DNA of 64,000 bases from Elusimicrobiota bacterium (GTDB lineage: Bacteria > Elusimicrobiota > Elusimicrobia > F11). A model generated the notes under the pieces. The model was given only the letters and a program-made list of their open reading frames with translations. It ran no database searches and was not told the origin of the DNA. The stretch's first letter is position 1, and the number at the start of each line of letters is the position of its first letter. The DNA lies in assembly GCA_046153645.1 (NCBI GenBank), contig JBJXGI010000053.1, forward strand, positions 15,512 through 79,511. The letters run 5' to 3'. The translations under genes were made by a program, and so were the position numbers. Shown here piece by piece: positions 19,031 through 27,866 of this stretch.

Positions 19031-19726
19031 TTATCTCATCCCCCAAATCTTATGCTGCTGCGTCATGACAAAGACTTTTTCTAAATATTGTTTTGAAATA
19101 GAAAACGCACGCGCAATAAATTCAGCTGTTGCAGGTTCAATATCTGGAAATTGGGCGGTGGCTGGCTGTAAAATAAGAAGTGGAGAAACAGGCGTTTTTT
19201 TAATGATATTCACGGCCTGTTCTACTTCTTGCAAAAGTGATTTTTTCTCTAAAACCACCTTTACAAAAGCTTTTTCACCGGCCACTTTTAAAAATTTCTC
19301 ATGCTGCTCCCAGTGATCCTCATGGGTCGCACTGGGTAATTTCATATCCATAGAAATAACATTCACATAGGAGTAAATAGCTTCAAGCGCATCGACATGG
19401 ATTCCCGCCGTTTCTAAATAAATCTTAAATCCCTGCTCTTTCAATAAAGGCAGCAATTCTTTAAGGAAAACAATATGCGTCAACGGCTCGCCTCCGGTCA
19501 TGCTCACCGTTTTTATCCCTGTTTTAACGGAGACTCTCTTAATCTCAAGAAAAACTTCTTCAACAGACATTCGCGAATGTCCAGAGACGGTTAAACTTTC
19601 GGGAGTATCACAATAATTGCATCTTAAAGGACAACCAGCCAACCGGGTAAAAATTTGGCGCTCTCCCGTAAATGGACCCTCTCCTTGAATCGAAGCATAT
19701 ATTTCACTGACAAAAGTTGTCGTCAT
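19031..19726 (-). CDS. queE: 7-carboxy-7-deazaguanine synthase (radical SAM)
   Basis: 231 aa with IYASIQGEGPFTGERQIFTRLAGCPLRCNYCDT. It is adjacent to queC. Confidence 0.9.
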   Translation of the reverse strand: MTTTFVSEIYASIQGEGPFTGERQIFTRLAGCPLRCNYCDTPESLTVSGHSRMSVEEVFLEIKRVSVKTGIKTVSMTGGEPLTHIVFLKELLPLLKEQGFKIYLETAGIHVDALEAIYSYVNVISMDMKLPSATHEDHWEQHEKFLKVAGEKAFVKVVLEKKSLLQEVEQAVNIIKKTPVSPLLILQPATAQFPDIEPATAEFIARAFSISKQYLEKVFVMTQQHKIWGMR

Positions 19727-20394
19727 AAAAGACCCGCTTCCTGCAATCCTTTATTTCTAAACAAACAAGAATCACAAAGACCACAAGGTTTTTTGTCACC
19801 TTTATAACAAGACCAAGTTTTTTCAATTGGCATTTTCAACTTAACACCCAGACGAATAATATCCGCCTTTGATAATTTAAGCAGTGGCGCTACAATTTTA
19901 ATTTTGATCTTTTTCTCTGTCCCTAAACGAGAACCCAAATTTGCTACCGATTCAAAAGATTGAATATATTTGGGTCGACAATCAGGGTATCCCGAATAAT
20001 CCACAGCATTAGCACCAATAACGATTTTAGATGCATTGATTTGATCCGCCCAAGAAAGAGCAAAACTCAAAAAAATCGTATTTCTAGCAGGGACATAAGT
20101 CGACGGCAAATGTGTCGTTGTTATTTTTTTAAGCGTCTGATGATGAGGAAGCTTTTCTTGAGCATTTGTCAAAGAAGACCCACTCCAAGGAAGAGCAAAA
20201 CGAACAACATGCAACGGAACATTGGTAAGCCGAGCTAATTTTTTGGCACTTTTTAATTCTTTGTTATGTCTTTGACCATAGTCGAAACTGAGCGCGTGAC
20301 AATCCCATCCCCGTTTTTTAGCCCACCACAAACAAACAGCACTATCAAGACCACCCGACAACAAAACAACAGCTTTGTTTTTTCTAATACTCAT
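19723..20394 (-). CDS. queC: 7-cyano-7-deazaguanine synthase
   Basis: 223 aa with a VVLLSGGLDSAV PP-loop and a C-terminal Zn cysteine motif CGLCDSC. Confidence 0.9.
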   Translation of the reverse strand: MSIRKNKAVVLLSGGLDSAVCLWWAKKRGWDCHALSFDYGQRHNKELKSAKKLARLTNVPLHVVRFALPWSGSSLTNAQEKLPHHQTLKKITTTHLPSTYVPARNTIFLSFALSWADQINASKIVIGANAVDYSGYPDCRPKYIQSFESVANLGSRLGTEKKIKIKIVAPLLKLSKADIIRLGVKLKMPIEKTWSCYKGDKKPCGLCDSCLFRNKGLQEAGLL

Positions 20395-20398
20395 AAAA

Positions 20399-21205
20399 TT
20401 AAAGATTTTCGAGAGAAAACCGGCGTGTGGAAATCGTATCGGTATTTAAAAATTGTTTGGCTAATTTTGAGAACCCCTTTGGATTATCGCTAACAAAATA
20501 CTCGATTTTTCCTTTTTTAGAATTGGAATTTAAAATACGCATTTTTTCTAACTTCCGACGAACTTCTTTGGCTGTTTCTTCGGCAGAATCAATTAACTTT
20601 ATGCGGGGGCCTGATATTTTTTGCAACATCGGTTTCAACAATGGATAATGCGTACAGCCTAAAACCAGCGTATCAATTTTATGTTTTAATATTTCTTTAA
20701 GATAAGTTTTTCCAATATTTTCTGTTATTGAATCGGTGAGCCACCCTTCTTCAACGAGAGGAACAAACAAAGGACAAGCCTGTTCCCATACATGCGCTTT
20801 CGGTGAATAGTGTCGAATATTTTTTAGATAGGCATGACTACCAACTGTAGCGGAAGTTCCAATAACACCGATTTTCAAATGTGCGCTTGCTAAAGCGGCA
20901 GCCCGAGCCCCGGGCTCGATAACCCCTAAAACGGGGATGGGAAGGTTTTTTAATGATTTAAGCGCCAAAGAACTCGCCGTATTACACGCGACAACAATTA
21001 ACTTAACTCGCTTTTGCATAAGAAAAAACGCAATTTGCAAAGCGTAACGACGAATGGTTTCCGGCGATTTGTTTCCATAAGGCACTCGAGCCGTATCACC
21101 GACATAAATCATATCTTCAGAAGGCAAAAGTTTGGCAATTTCTTTTATTACTGTTAAACCACCCAATCCAGAATCAAATACGCCAATAGGCAACTGGGAA
21201 CTCAT
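20399..21205 (-). CDS. murI: glutamate racemase
   Basis: 268 aa with VFDSGLGGLTV, VVACNTAS and LGCTHYPLL. Confidence 0.9.
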   Translation of the reverse strand: MSSQLPIGVFDSGLGGLTVIKEIAKLLPSEDMIYVGDTARVPYGNKSPETIRRYALQIAFFLMQKRVKLIVVACNTASSLALKSLKNLPIPVLGVIEPGARAAALASAHLKIGVIGTSATVGSHAYLKNIRHYSPKAHVWEQACPLFVPLVEEGWLTDSITENIGKTYLKEILKHKIDTLVLGCTHYPLLKPMLQKISGPRIKLIDSAEETAKEVRRKLEKMRILNSNSKKGKIEYFVSDNPKGFSKLAKQFLNTDTISTRRFSLENL

Positions 21206-22581
21206 TTTTTCTCCACACGTTTAAGATAGGCCATAATACCAGCCCGAATTCCATTCGCCAACTGATTTCGATAACGAGAAGATCTCAATTTAAGCTCAGA
21301 AAGAGGGTGCGATAAATATTCTAACTCAATCAGGACGCTTGGCATTTGCGCCCCTCTTAACACAAAAAAATCAGCCTCTTTCACGTCTGCCATTTCAACT
21401 TTAGACACATTCTTAATATTTCTAACGATAATTGACGCTATTTCAGATGATTCGTTTAAAAAGTTATTTATTGCCATGGAAGAAAGTAACCAATCCAGTT
21501 TATTTGACCCCTTTGCTTGCCCATGTGTTTCTAAATCAACAACAGAATTCTCTAAACGAGCCACAGATTGAGCGGCTTTGTCTGTTGCGTCTGTGGATAA
21601 AAAATAAACTTCAAAACCAGAATTCTTAGGTGACAAAGAAGAATTACAATGAATAGAAATAAACAAGTCCGCATGCGCTTGATTTGCTGCCCGGGTTCGT
21701 TCCCCTAACGGGATAAACTTGTCATTTCTTCGAGTCATCATCACCTTGATGCCATCTTCTTTTTTAAATAGTTTTTCCAATAGTTTCGCCATTTCCAGAT
21801 TAATATCTTTTTCTAATGTTCCTCTCGTACCGATGGCGCCAGAGTCTAACCCTCCATGTCCGGCATCAATGACAATAATCCGTTCTCGTTTCGAAGGCTG
21901 ATTGCGAATTCGCTCTTGAGCTGACTTTAATGGAACAACCTTGCGCGGCATTTCTTCTTTGGGTTTAGTTTTTACATTTTCTATGGGGGGCACAGGTTTT
22001 GGTGTTATAACCGGAGGCATAACAGGAGAAGTTGGAATTTTATTAATAACCTTCACTTCTTTTTTAACGACCCCTTCTTTTTTTACATACTCATTTTTCT
22101 TGTTCACAGGAGGCACTTCGCGCTTCATAACAGGAATGGGTTTTGTTTCGACATTCTTCGTGGGAACAATTCTATAGGGGACGTCGATCACGAGAACCCT
22201 TCGACCATTTTCATAAAACACATCGGTTGAGAGGGCACGTTCCCCAGTATAAATATCCATATCAATGGAATGTTTTTTTTGACGGATACGAATTTCTTTA
22301 ATGACTCGGTCTCCCTCTAAGATTTGAGATCCATTCGAGGTGGTATTTAAAAAACGCAACCACACACGTTTATCACTTTTCTCTAAAAGGGCATGGTCTA
22401 AATTATCAATCAAAGGAACTCTGATTTGGTAACGATCGGGCAATTTTTCAACTTTGGGTGTTTTCAAGAAAAATGGGGATAAAGGAAAACGAGTGGCAGG
22501 CAATTCAGAAAAAGCCAGTTGAGAGTGAGTAAACATCAACGCAACAATCAAAAACAGACGGGTCAAAAAACGCGAATTCAT
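21202..22581 (-). CDS. amiC: N-acetylmuramoyl-L-alanine amidase (Amidase_3) with N-terminal AMIN-like region and Pro/Lys-rich linker
   Basis: IVIDAGHGGLDSGAIG, LFISIHCNS and GFEVYFLS. The track start is TTG at 22638. I prefer ATG at 22581 (MNSRFLTRLFLIVALMFTHSQLAFS, a clean signal peptide) because it avoids overlap with the HNH gene. Confidence 0.8.
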   Translation of the reverse strand: MNSRFLTRLFLIVALMFTHSQLAFSELPATRFPLSPFFLKTPKVEKLPDRYQIRVPLIDNLDHALLEKSDKRVWLRFLNTTSNGSQILEGDRVIKEIRIRQKKHSIDMDIYTGERALSTDVFYENGRRVLVIDVPYRIVPTKNVETKPIPVMKREVPPVNKKNEYVKKEGVVKKEVKVINKIPTSPVMPPVITPKPVPPIENVKTKPKEEMPRKVVPLKSAQERIRNQPSKRERIIVIDAGHGGLDSGAIGTRGTLEKDINLEMAKLLEKLFKKEDGIKVMMTRRNDKFIPLGERTRAANQAHADLFISIHCNSSLSPKNSGFEVYFLSTDATDKAAQSVARLENSVVDLETHGQAKGSNKLDWLLSSMAINNFLNESSEIASIIVRNIKNVSKVEMADVKEADFFVLRGAQMPSVLIELEYLSHPLSELKLRSSRYRNQLANGIRAGIMAYLKRVEKK

Positions 22582-22597
22582 GAATGCAGTTTTAATC

Positions 22598-23197
22598 TTA
22601 CTGATGCTCGAGTTCAGTATTCCAGTAAACATTATCAATAAATCTTTGCCATGAAGCCTTTACTTTGAGACCGGGTCTAAAACATAAAGCGGCAGCGCCA
22701 GTCCATTCTGGCTTGGTTGCCTGAACCAGTAATTTCATTCCGGCTTCATCTGGCAAACGACTTCCTTTCTTTAAATTACAAGGAATACACGTGGTGACAA
22801 CATTTGACCAATCTGTTTTCCCTCCACGAGAACGAGGAATAACGTGTTCCAAGTTTAAATCAATGGTTGTAAATTTATGGCCACAATAGGCGCACTTATA
22901 ATTGTAATGCTCATAAATATTTCGCCTTGTGAATTTCACTTCAGATTTAGGTAACCCATCAAAATGGCGAAGAGTGACAACATCAGGAATGGCAATTTTA
23001 AATGAAGGGGTTTGGATAAATCCGGTTTTATCATCTGCCATTAAAGAGGAAATTTCACGCCAGTCTTCGAAGGTATAAGTTCGATATTCCTCATCAACAA
23101 CTCGCGCATGATCTAAATAAATTAGACTTAACGCGCGACGCCAAGAAATGATTTGAACCGCGAAAAAGCTGCGGTTAAGAACCAACACATCACTCAT
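22598..23197 (-). CDS. HNH endonuclease-family protein
   Basis: 199 aa with CAYCGHKF...LEHVIPRSRGGKTDWSNVVTTCIPCNLKKG, an HNH core with CxxC pairs. It is the last gene of the riboswitch-controlled cluster. Confidence 0.8.
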   Translation of the reverse strand: MSDVLVLNRSFFAVQIISWRRALSLIYLDHARVVDEEYRTYTFEDWREISSLMADDKTGFIQTPSFKIAIPDVVTLRHFDGLPKSEVKFTRRNIYEHYNYKCAYCGHKFTTIDLNLEHVIPRSRGGKTDWSNVVTTCIPCNLKKGSRLPDEAGMKLLVQATKPEWTGAAALCFRPGLKVKASWQRFIDNVYWNTELEHQ

Positions 23198-23221
23198 AAT
23201 ATCCCTTACAAGGGAACGGGG

Positions 23222-23461
23222 TCAGCTCTCGAGGGTGTCTCTTGTTACTGGCTCAACCTTTAACCCTTGGTCTTTTAACCATTGAATGGCTTGAGAAAGT
23301 ACTTTTTCTTCTCCCTCAAGTTCCAAAACGATTTCACCGATTTTTTCTGTAATTCGCGCGCGTCTTAAATTAAAAACCACGTCGTATTTTTCAGTCATTT
23401 TATGAATGACCGGTTCTTTAATCAGATTTTGCGGAAATGTGAGTTGAAGTGCTTGTTTCAT
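23222..23461 (-). CDS. stand-alone NIL-domain protein
   Basis: 79 aa with PVIHKMTEKYDVVFNLRRARITEKIGEIVLELEGEE, which resembles the NIL domain found at the C-terminus of MetN. Confidence 0.6.
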   Translation of the reverse strand: MKQALQLTFPQNLIKEPVIHKMTEKYDVVFNLRRARITEKIGEIVLELEGEEKVLSQAIQWLKDQGLKVEPVTRDTLES

Positions 23462-23504
23462 AGATCAAGTATGCTTCTAAAACGAGCTGGTTTCAATGCG
23501 AGAA

Positions 23505-23783
23505 TTAACAACCGCCGGCAATCGCGGGGATAATGGAAACTTCAGCCCCTTCTTCAACCTTCGTATTGGGTCCATCTTTGAATCGAATATCTTCGCCATT
23601 AACAAAAATATTCACAAACCGACGAATTTGACCTGACTCATCACAAATTCTTTCTTTGAGCCCCGGATAACTCTTTTCGAGACCGGCCAATAATTCTTGG
23701 ACTGTTTTGCCTTGAATTTCAACAACGGCTTGGTCCTGGGTTAATTTTCTTAAAGGGGCTGGAATTCGTACTTTAGCGGGCAT
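23505..23783 (-). CDS. MoaD/ThiS-family sulfur-carrier protein ending in GG-Cys
   Basis: 92 aa of beta-grasp carrier length. The C-terminal sequence is EVSIIPAIAGGC. Confidence 0.8.
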   Translation of the reverse strand: MPAKVRIPAPLRKLTQDQAVVEIQGKTVQELLAGLEKSYPGLKERICDESGQIRRFVNIFVNGEDIRFKDGPNTKVEEGAEVSIIPAIAGGC

Positions 23784-23803
23784 GGGATTCTCCTTGTTTC
23801 AAA

Positions 23804-25066
23804 TTAAACAGCGGCAACTGGCGAAACTTTATCTTGCAGCCGATGATACAGTTCTTTAAAGTTTTCTAATCTTGCTGGAATGATATGAGGCTGACTTACT
23901 TTTCCCTGAATGGCATCAAGTGTTTTTAAACCATTACCGGTCACATAAACCACAGTCACATCATCAGATTTGATGCTACCAGTTTGAACCAAGTGTTTCA
24001 AGGAAGCAACGGTGACTCCCCCTGCGGTTTCCGTGAAAATTCCCTGCGTACTGGCTAAGAGTTTAATACCTTCAACAATTTCATCGTCAGTAACACTGAC
24101 TCCTTGCCCACCAGTCTTCATAACCAACTTAGCTGCATAAGGACCATCAGCGGGATTACCAATGGCTAAGGATTTGGCAATGGTATTGGGGCGAACAGGT
24201 TTTATTAAGTCAGTTCGATCTTGAATGGCCGTTGAAATAGGACCACAACCAGACGCCTGTGAACAATGCAATTTCGTTTCATGATGAGGAATTAACTCTA
24301 AATCTTGAAATTCCTGTAACCCTTTATAAATTTTCGTTAAAAGAGAACCTGAAGCGGCGGGAACAACGACATGATCCGGGGCTTTCCACCCTAATTGTTC
24401 AGCAACTTCAAAACCCAATGTTTTCGATCCTTCTGCGTAATAGGGCCGAATATTAACGTTAACAAAGGCCCACTTGAAGGCATCAGCCACTTCCGAACAA
24501 AGACGGTTTACCTCGTCATAAGTGCCATCAATTCCAATAATAATAGGATCATAAACTCCCGCACCCAATACTTTGCCTTCTTCCAAATTAGCAGGAATAA
24601 AAACAAATCTTTTTAGATTGGCAACAGCCCCATAAGCAGAAACAGCACCAGCCAAATTACCAGTTGAAGCACAGGCGACTGTTGAAAAACCCAATTCCCG
24701 GGCGCGAGTGAGCGCCACACTAACCACTCGATCTTTAAATGAAAAAGTGGGGTTTACGGAGTCGTTTTTAATGTAGAGGTTTTTGAGCCCTAAAAGAGCA
24801 CCAAGATTTTTGGCATGGAGAAGAGGGGTATAACCTTCTTGCAAAGTAATAACATCTCTTGTCTCAACAGGAAGAAGATCCCAATATCGCCACAAGGAAC
24901 GCGGCCCTGCTTCAATTGATTTTCGTGATACATTTTTTTTAATCAGGTCGTAATTATAATCGACCTCTAAAGGACCAAAACATAACTCACAAACATGAAT
25001 TGCTTTAGCGGGATATAATTCACCGCACTCTTTGCATTTAAGACCTTTAATTTTGGAATCTGCCAT
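23804..25066 (-). CDS. threonine synthase-family PLP enzyme (possibly a sulfur-carrier-dependent homocysteine synthase)
   Basis: 420 aa with an N-terminal Zn ribbon (CKECGELY...CELC) and the PLP-lysine motif PTFSFKDRVVSVAL. It is the first gene after a SAM-I riboswitch. Confidence 0.8.
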   Translation of the reverse strand: MADSKIKGLKCKECGELYPAKAIHVCELCFGPLEVDYNYDLIKKNVSRKSIEAGPRSLWRYWDLLPVETRDVITLQEGYTPLLHAKNLGALLGLKNLYIKNDSVNPTFSFKDRVVSVALTRARELGFSTVACASTGNLAGAVSAYGAVANLKRFVFIPANLEEGKVLGAGVYDPIIIGIDGTYDEVNRLCSEVADAFKWAFVNVNIRPYYAEGSKTLGFEVAEQLGWKAPDHVVVPAASGSLLTKIYKGLQEFQDLELIPHHETKLHCSQASGCGPISTAIQDRTDLIKPVRPNTIAKSLAIGNPADGPYAAKLVMKTGGQGVSVTDDEIVEGIKLLASTQGIFTETAGGVTVASLKHLVQTGSIKSDDVTVVYVTGNGLKTLDAIQGKVSQPHIIPARLENFKELYHRLQDKVSPVAAV

Positions 25067-25081
25067 AAATCATTCTTCCTG

Positions 25082-25118
25082 AAATAAAAAACCCTAGAGG
25101 ACATTTCACCCTAGGGTT
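25082..25118 (-). terminator. intrinsic terminator forming the expression platform of the SAM riboswitch
   Basis: The minus-strand RNA reads AACCCUAG-GGUGAAAUGUCCU-CUAGGGUU followed by UUUUUAUUUC. Confidence 0.75.
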
Positions 25119-25127
25119 CAATAAATC

Positions 25128-25236
25128 CTCTTATCGGTCCCGAAAATTCGGGTACAGGCTTTGGCACGCATTTGAGTTTTTCAAACCGTTGCCGTGGTTT
25201 CATCGGGCCATGCCCCTCCGCCACTCTTGATAAGGG
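25128..25236 (-). promoter_or_regulatory. SAM-I (S-box) riboswitch aptamer
   Basis: The minus-strand RNA reads CCUUAUCAAGAGUGGCGGAGGGGCAUGGCCCGAUGAAACCACGGCAACGGUUUGAAAAACUCAAAUGCGUGCCAAAGCCUGUACCCGAAUUUUCGGGACCGAUAAGAG. It contains the conserved P1 pairing (CUUAUC/GAUAAG), AGAG-GGCGGAGGG, GGCCCGAUGAAACC, GCAAC and GUGCCAA blocks. Confidence 0.9.
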
Positions 25237-25288
25237 TGCTACTAAAAGACACCAAATCTTACTAAATTTTCCTAAAAAAATTCAGCGA

Positions 25289-27145
25289 TTATTCAACTGT
25301 AACACTCTTGGCCAAATTACGAGGCTGGTCAACGTCACATCCCAAATAACCAGCAATATAATAGGCAAGAATTTGAAGAGGAACCACATTGACCAAGGGG
25401 CTTAAATCCTCCGGCACATCAGGAACGTAAATAACATCTGACGCTTTACTATCAATTAACTTATCTCCCTTGGTAACAATAGAAATGACTTCTGCTCCAC
25501 GACTTTTGGCCTCTTCAATATTGGAAACCATTTTGTCATAAACACTAGATTTAGTGGCAATGGCAACCACCGGAAGATTTTCGTCAATCAAAGCAATGGG
25601 GCCATGTTTCATTTCACCCGCAGGATATCCTTCCGCATGAATATAAGAAATCTCTTTTAGTTTAAGCGCCCCTTCAAGAGCAATCGGATAGTTCAAATGG
25701 CGGCCTAAATACAAAAAATCTTTTCGTCTAAAATATTTTTTGGCGATTTTCGCAACGGCTTCTTCACATTCCAAGGTCTCTGTAATCCACTGCGACAAGT
25801 GAGTGAGATTTTTTTCTTTTTCTTTGATCTCACTGGCAGGCATCACTTTTTTAAGATTCGCAAAATAAAGTGCCAACAAATGAAGAGCAACCAATTGCCC
25901 CATAAACGCTTTTGTTGAAGCCACACCAATCTCAGGGCCACAATGTGTCAAAAGAAAACCATGCGCGTCACGGGTTATTGTTGACCCAACTACATTAGCA
26001 ATCCCGACAACATGGGCTCCTTTCTTTTTAGCCAAGCGAACGGCGGCCAAAGTATCGGCTGTTTCACCAGACTGAGAAATAGCCACCACGAGCGTATTCG
26101 GTTCAATAACAGGATCTCGGTACCTAAACTCAGAAGCAATTTCAACCTGACAAGGCACGCCGGAATATTTTTCGATTAAATAAGAACCAATGAGTGCCGA
26201 GTGCCATGAGGTACCACAAGCCACAAATCGAACTCGGCTAATCTTATTGGCTGCCTCATCCGTTAAGCCAAGTTCCGTCAAATTGATTTTCCCGGTTTGA
26301 AGGTCCATGTGTCCCATCAAAGTATTTTCAACAATGCGGGGTTGCTCATGGATTTCTTTCATCATGAAATGTTTATAACCGGCTTTTTCAGCTTGCACCG
26401 GGTCCCAAGCAATTTTAACCGCAGACCGTTGGATGGGCTTTCCAGAGGAGTCAAAATATAAAATTCCCTCTTTCGCCATCACAACAACGTCACCATCTTC
26501 AAGAAAAATGACATCGCGGGTGTAAGATAAAATTGCAGGAACATCGGAGGCTAAAAAGTTTTCGCCATTTCCCAAACCAATAATAAGAGGGCAATCTCTT
26601 CTGGCGCCAATAATAACATCCGGGAGGTCAGAACAAACAATACCGAGGGCAAAGGTCCCTTTAATTTCTTTTAAAGAAGTCAAAACAACACTCAAAAAAT
26701 CTTCTTTACTTATTTTTCCACCTTTATGTTTGGAGAGATGAAACCCAATGAGCTGCGCCACCGCTTCTGTATCTGTTTGAGATTTAAAAACGATTCCTTC
26801 TTTAGATAATTTCTCTTTGAGCTGAAGATAATTTTCAATGATCCCGTTATGAACAACAATAACTCTCTCCGATTGATCAGCATGAGGATGAGCATTCACT
26901 TCAGTGGGGGCTCCATGAGTGGCCCAACGAGTGTGTCCAATTCCCAAATGGCCACTTAATGGTTGTTTTTGAAGCAAGGCATCTAACTCAGATAATTTTC
27001 CTACAGAACGCCGTCTTTCAAAAGCGCCATTTGAAAAAACAGCGATTCCAGCAGAATCATAACCTCTGTACTCAAGCTTTCTCAAACCCTCTAATAAAAC
27101 AGGCGTAGCCTCTGATTTACCAACATAACCTAAAATTCCACACAT
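25289..27145 (-). CDS. glmS: glutamine--fructose-6-phosphate aminotransferase
   Basis: 618 aa with an MCGILGYVG N-terminus, two SIS domains and a C-terminal KSVTVE. Confidence 0.95.
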   Translation of the reverse strand: MCGILGYVGKSEATPVLLEGLRKLEYRGYDSAGIAVFSNGAFERRRSVGKLSELDALLQKQPLSGHLGIGHTRWATHGAPTEVNAHPHADQSERVIVVHNGIIENYLQLKEKLSKEGIVFKSQTDTEAVAQLIGFHLSKHKGGKISKEDFLSVVLTSLKEIKGTFALGIVCSDLPDVIIGARRDCPLIIGLGNGENFLASDVPAILSYTRDVIFLEDGDVVVMAKEGILYFDSSGKPIQRSAVKIAWDPVQAEKAGYKHFMMKEIHEQPRIVENTLMGHMDLQTGKINLTELGLTDEAANKISRVRFVACGTSWHSALIGSYLIEKYSGVPCQVEIASEFRYRDPVIEPNTLVVAISQSGETADTLAAVRLAKKKGAHVVGIANVVGSTITRDAHGFLLTHCGPEIGVASTKAFMGQLVALHLLALYFANLKKVMPASEIKEKEKNLTHLSQWITETLECEEAVAKIAKKYFRRKDFLYLGRHLNYPIALEGALKLKEISYIHAEGYPAGEMKHGPIALIDENLPVVAIATKSSVYDKMVSNIEEAKSRGAEVISIVTKGDKLIDSKASDVIYVPDVPEDLSPLVNVVPLQILAYYIAGYLGCDVDQPRNLAKSVTVE

Positions 27146-27146
27146 A

Positions 27147-27866
27147 TTATTTCATCCTCTTTTTCATTTCAAAAACCGCTTGTTGCATTCCAACCACAAC
27201 AGATCTAGCTACAATTGAAAAACCAATATTTAACTCATTAAACGAAAAACTTTTTACCAAAGCAGAAACATTATCGTAGTTAATCCCATGACCCGCATTC
27301 ACCAAAAGCCCCAGGCGCTGAGCTAAAAAACCAGTTGTTCTAATACGCGCTAATTCAAAAGCGATATTTTTCTGAGATCCTTTTTCAAAAACAGCCGCGT
27401 ATTTTCCCGTATGTATTTCAATGGCATCAGCCATAAGAACTGAAGCCAACTGAATAGATTCTATCTCGGGCTCAACAAACAAAGAAACTTTAATTTTTTT
27501 CTGCTGCAACTTTCGGATAACCAAATTCAATCGAGCCTGATATTTGGAAAGGTTTAACCCCCCTTCTGTTGTTAATTCTTCTCTATGCTCGGGGACTAAA
27601 CAAACCCAATCAGGACGCACTTTGAGTGCAAAATCTACAATTGCGGGCGCCAATGACATTTCCAAATTAAACGGGACCTTCAAATGTTTTGAAAAAAAGA
27701 TGACATCACAATCTTGAATATGACGGCGATCTTCCCTTAAGTGCGCGGTTATGCCCGTCGCCCCGCCCTTCACTGCTTCTTTTGCTAAAAAAACGGGATC
27801 CGGAAATGATTCGTGACGTGCCTGGCGAAGGGTCGCAATATGGTCAATATTCACACCTAACTTCAT
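27147..27866 (-). CDS. pdxJ: pyridoxine 5'-phosphate synthase
   Basis: 239 aa with MKLGVNIDHIATLRQAR, HLREDRRHI and NAGHGINY. Confidence 0.9.
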   Translation of the reverse strand: MKLGVNIDHIATLRQARHESFPDPVFLAKEAVKGGATGITAHLREDRRHIQDCDVIFFSKHLKVPFNLEMSLAPAIVDFALKVRPDWVCLVPEHREELTTEGGLNLSKYQARLNLVIRKLQQKKIKVSLFVEPEIESIQLASVLMADAIEIHTGKYAAVFEKGSQKNIAFELARIRTTGFLAQRLGLLVNAGHGINYDNVSALVKSFSFNELNIGFSIVARSVVVGMQQAVFEMKKRMK

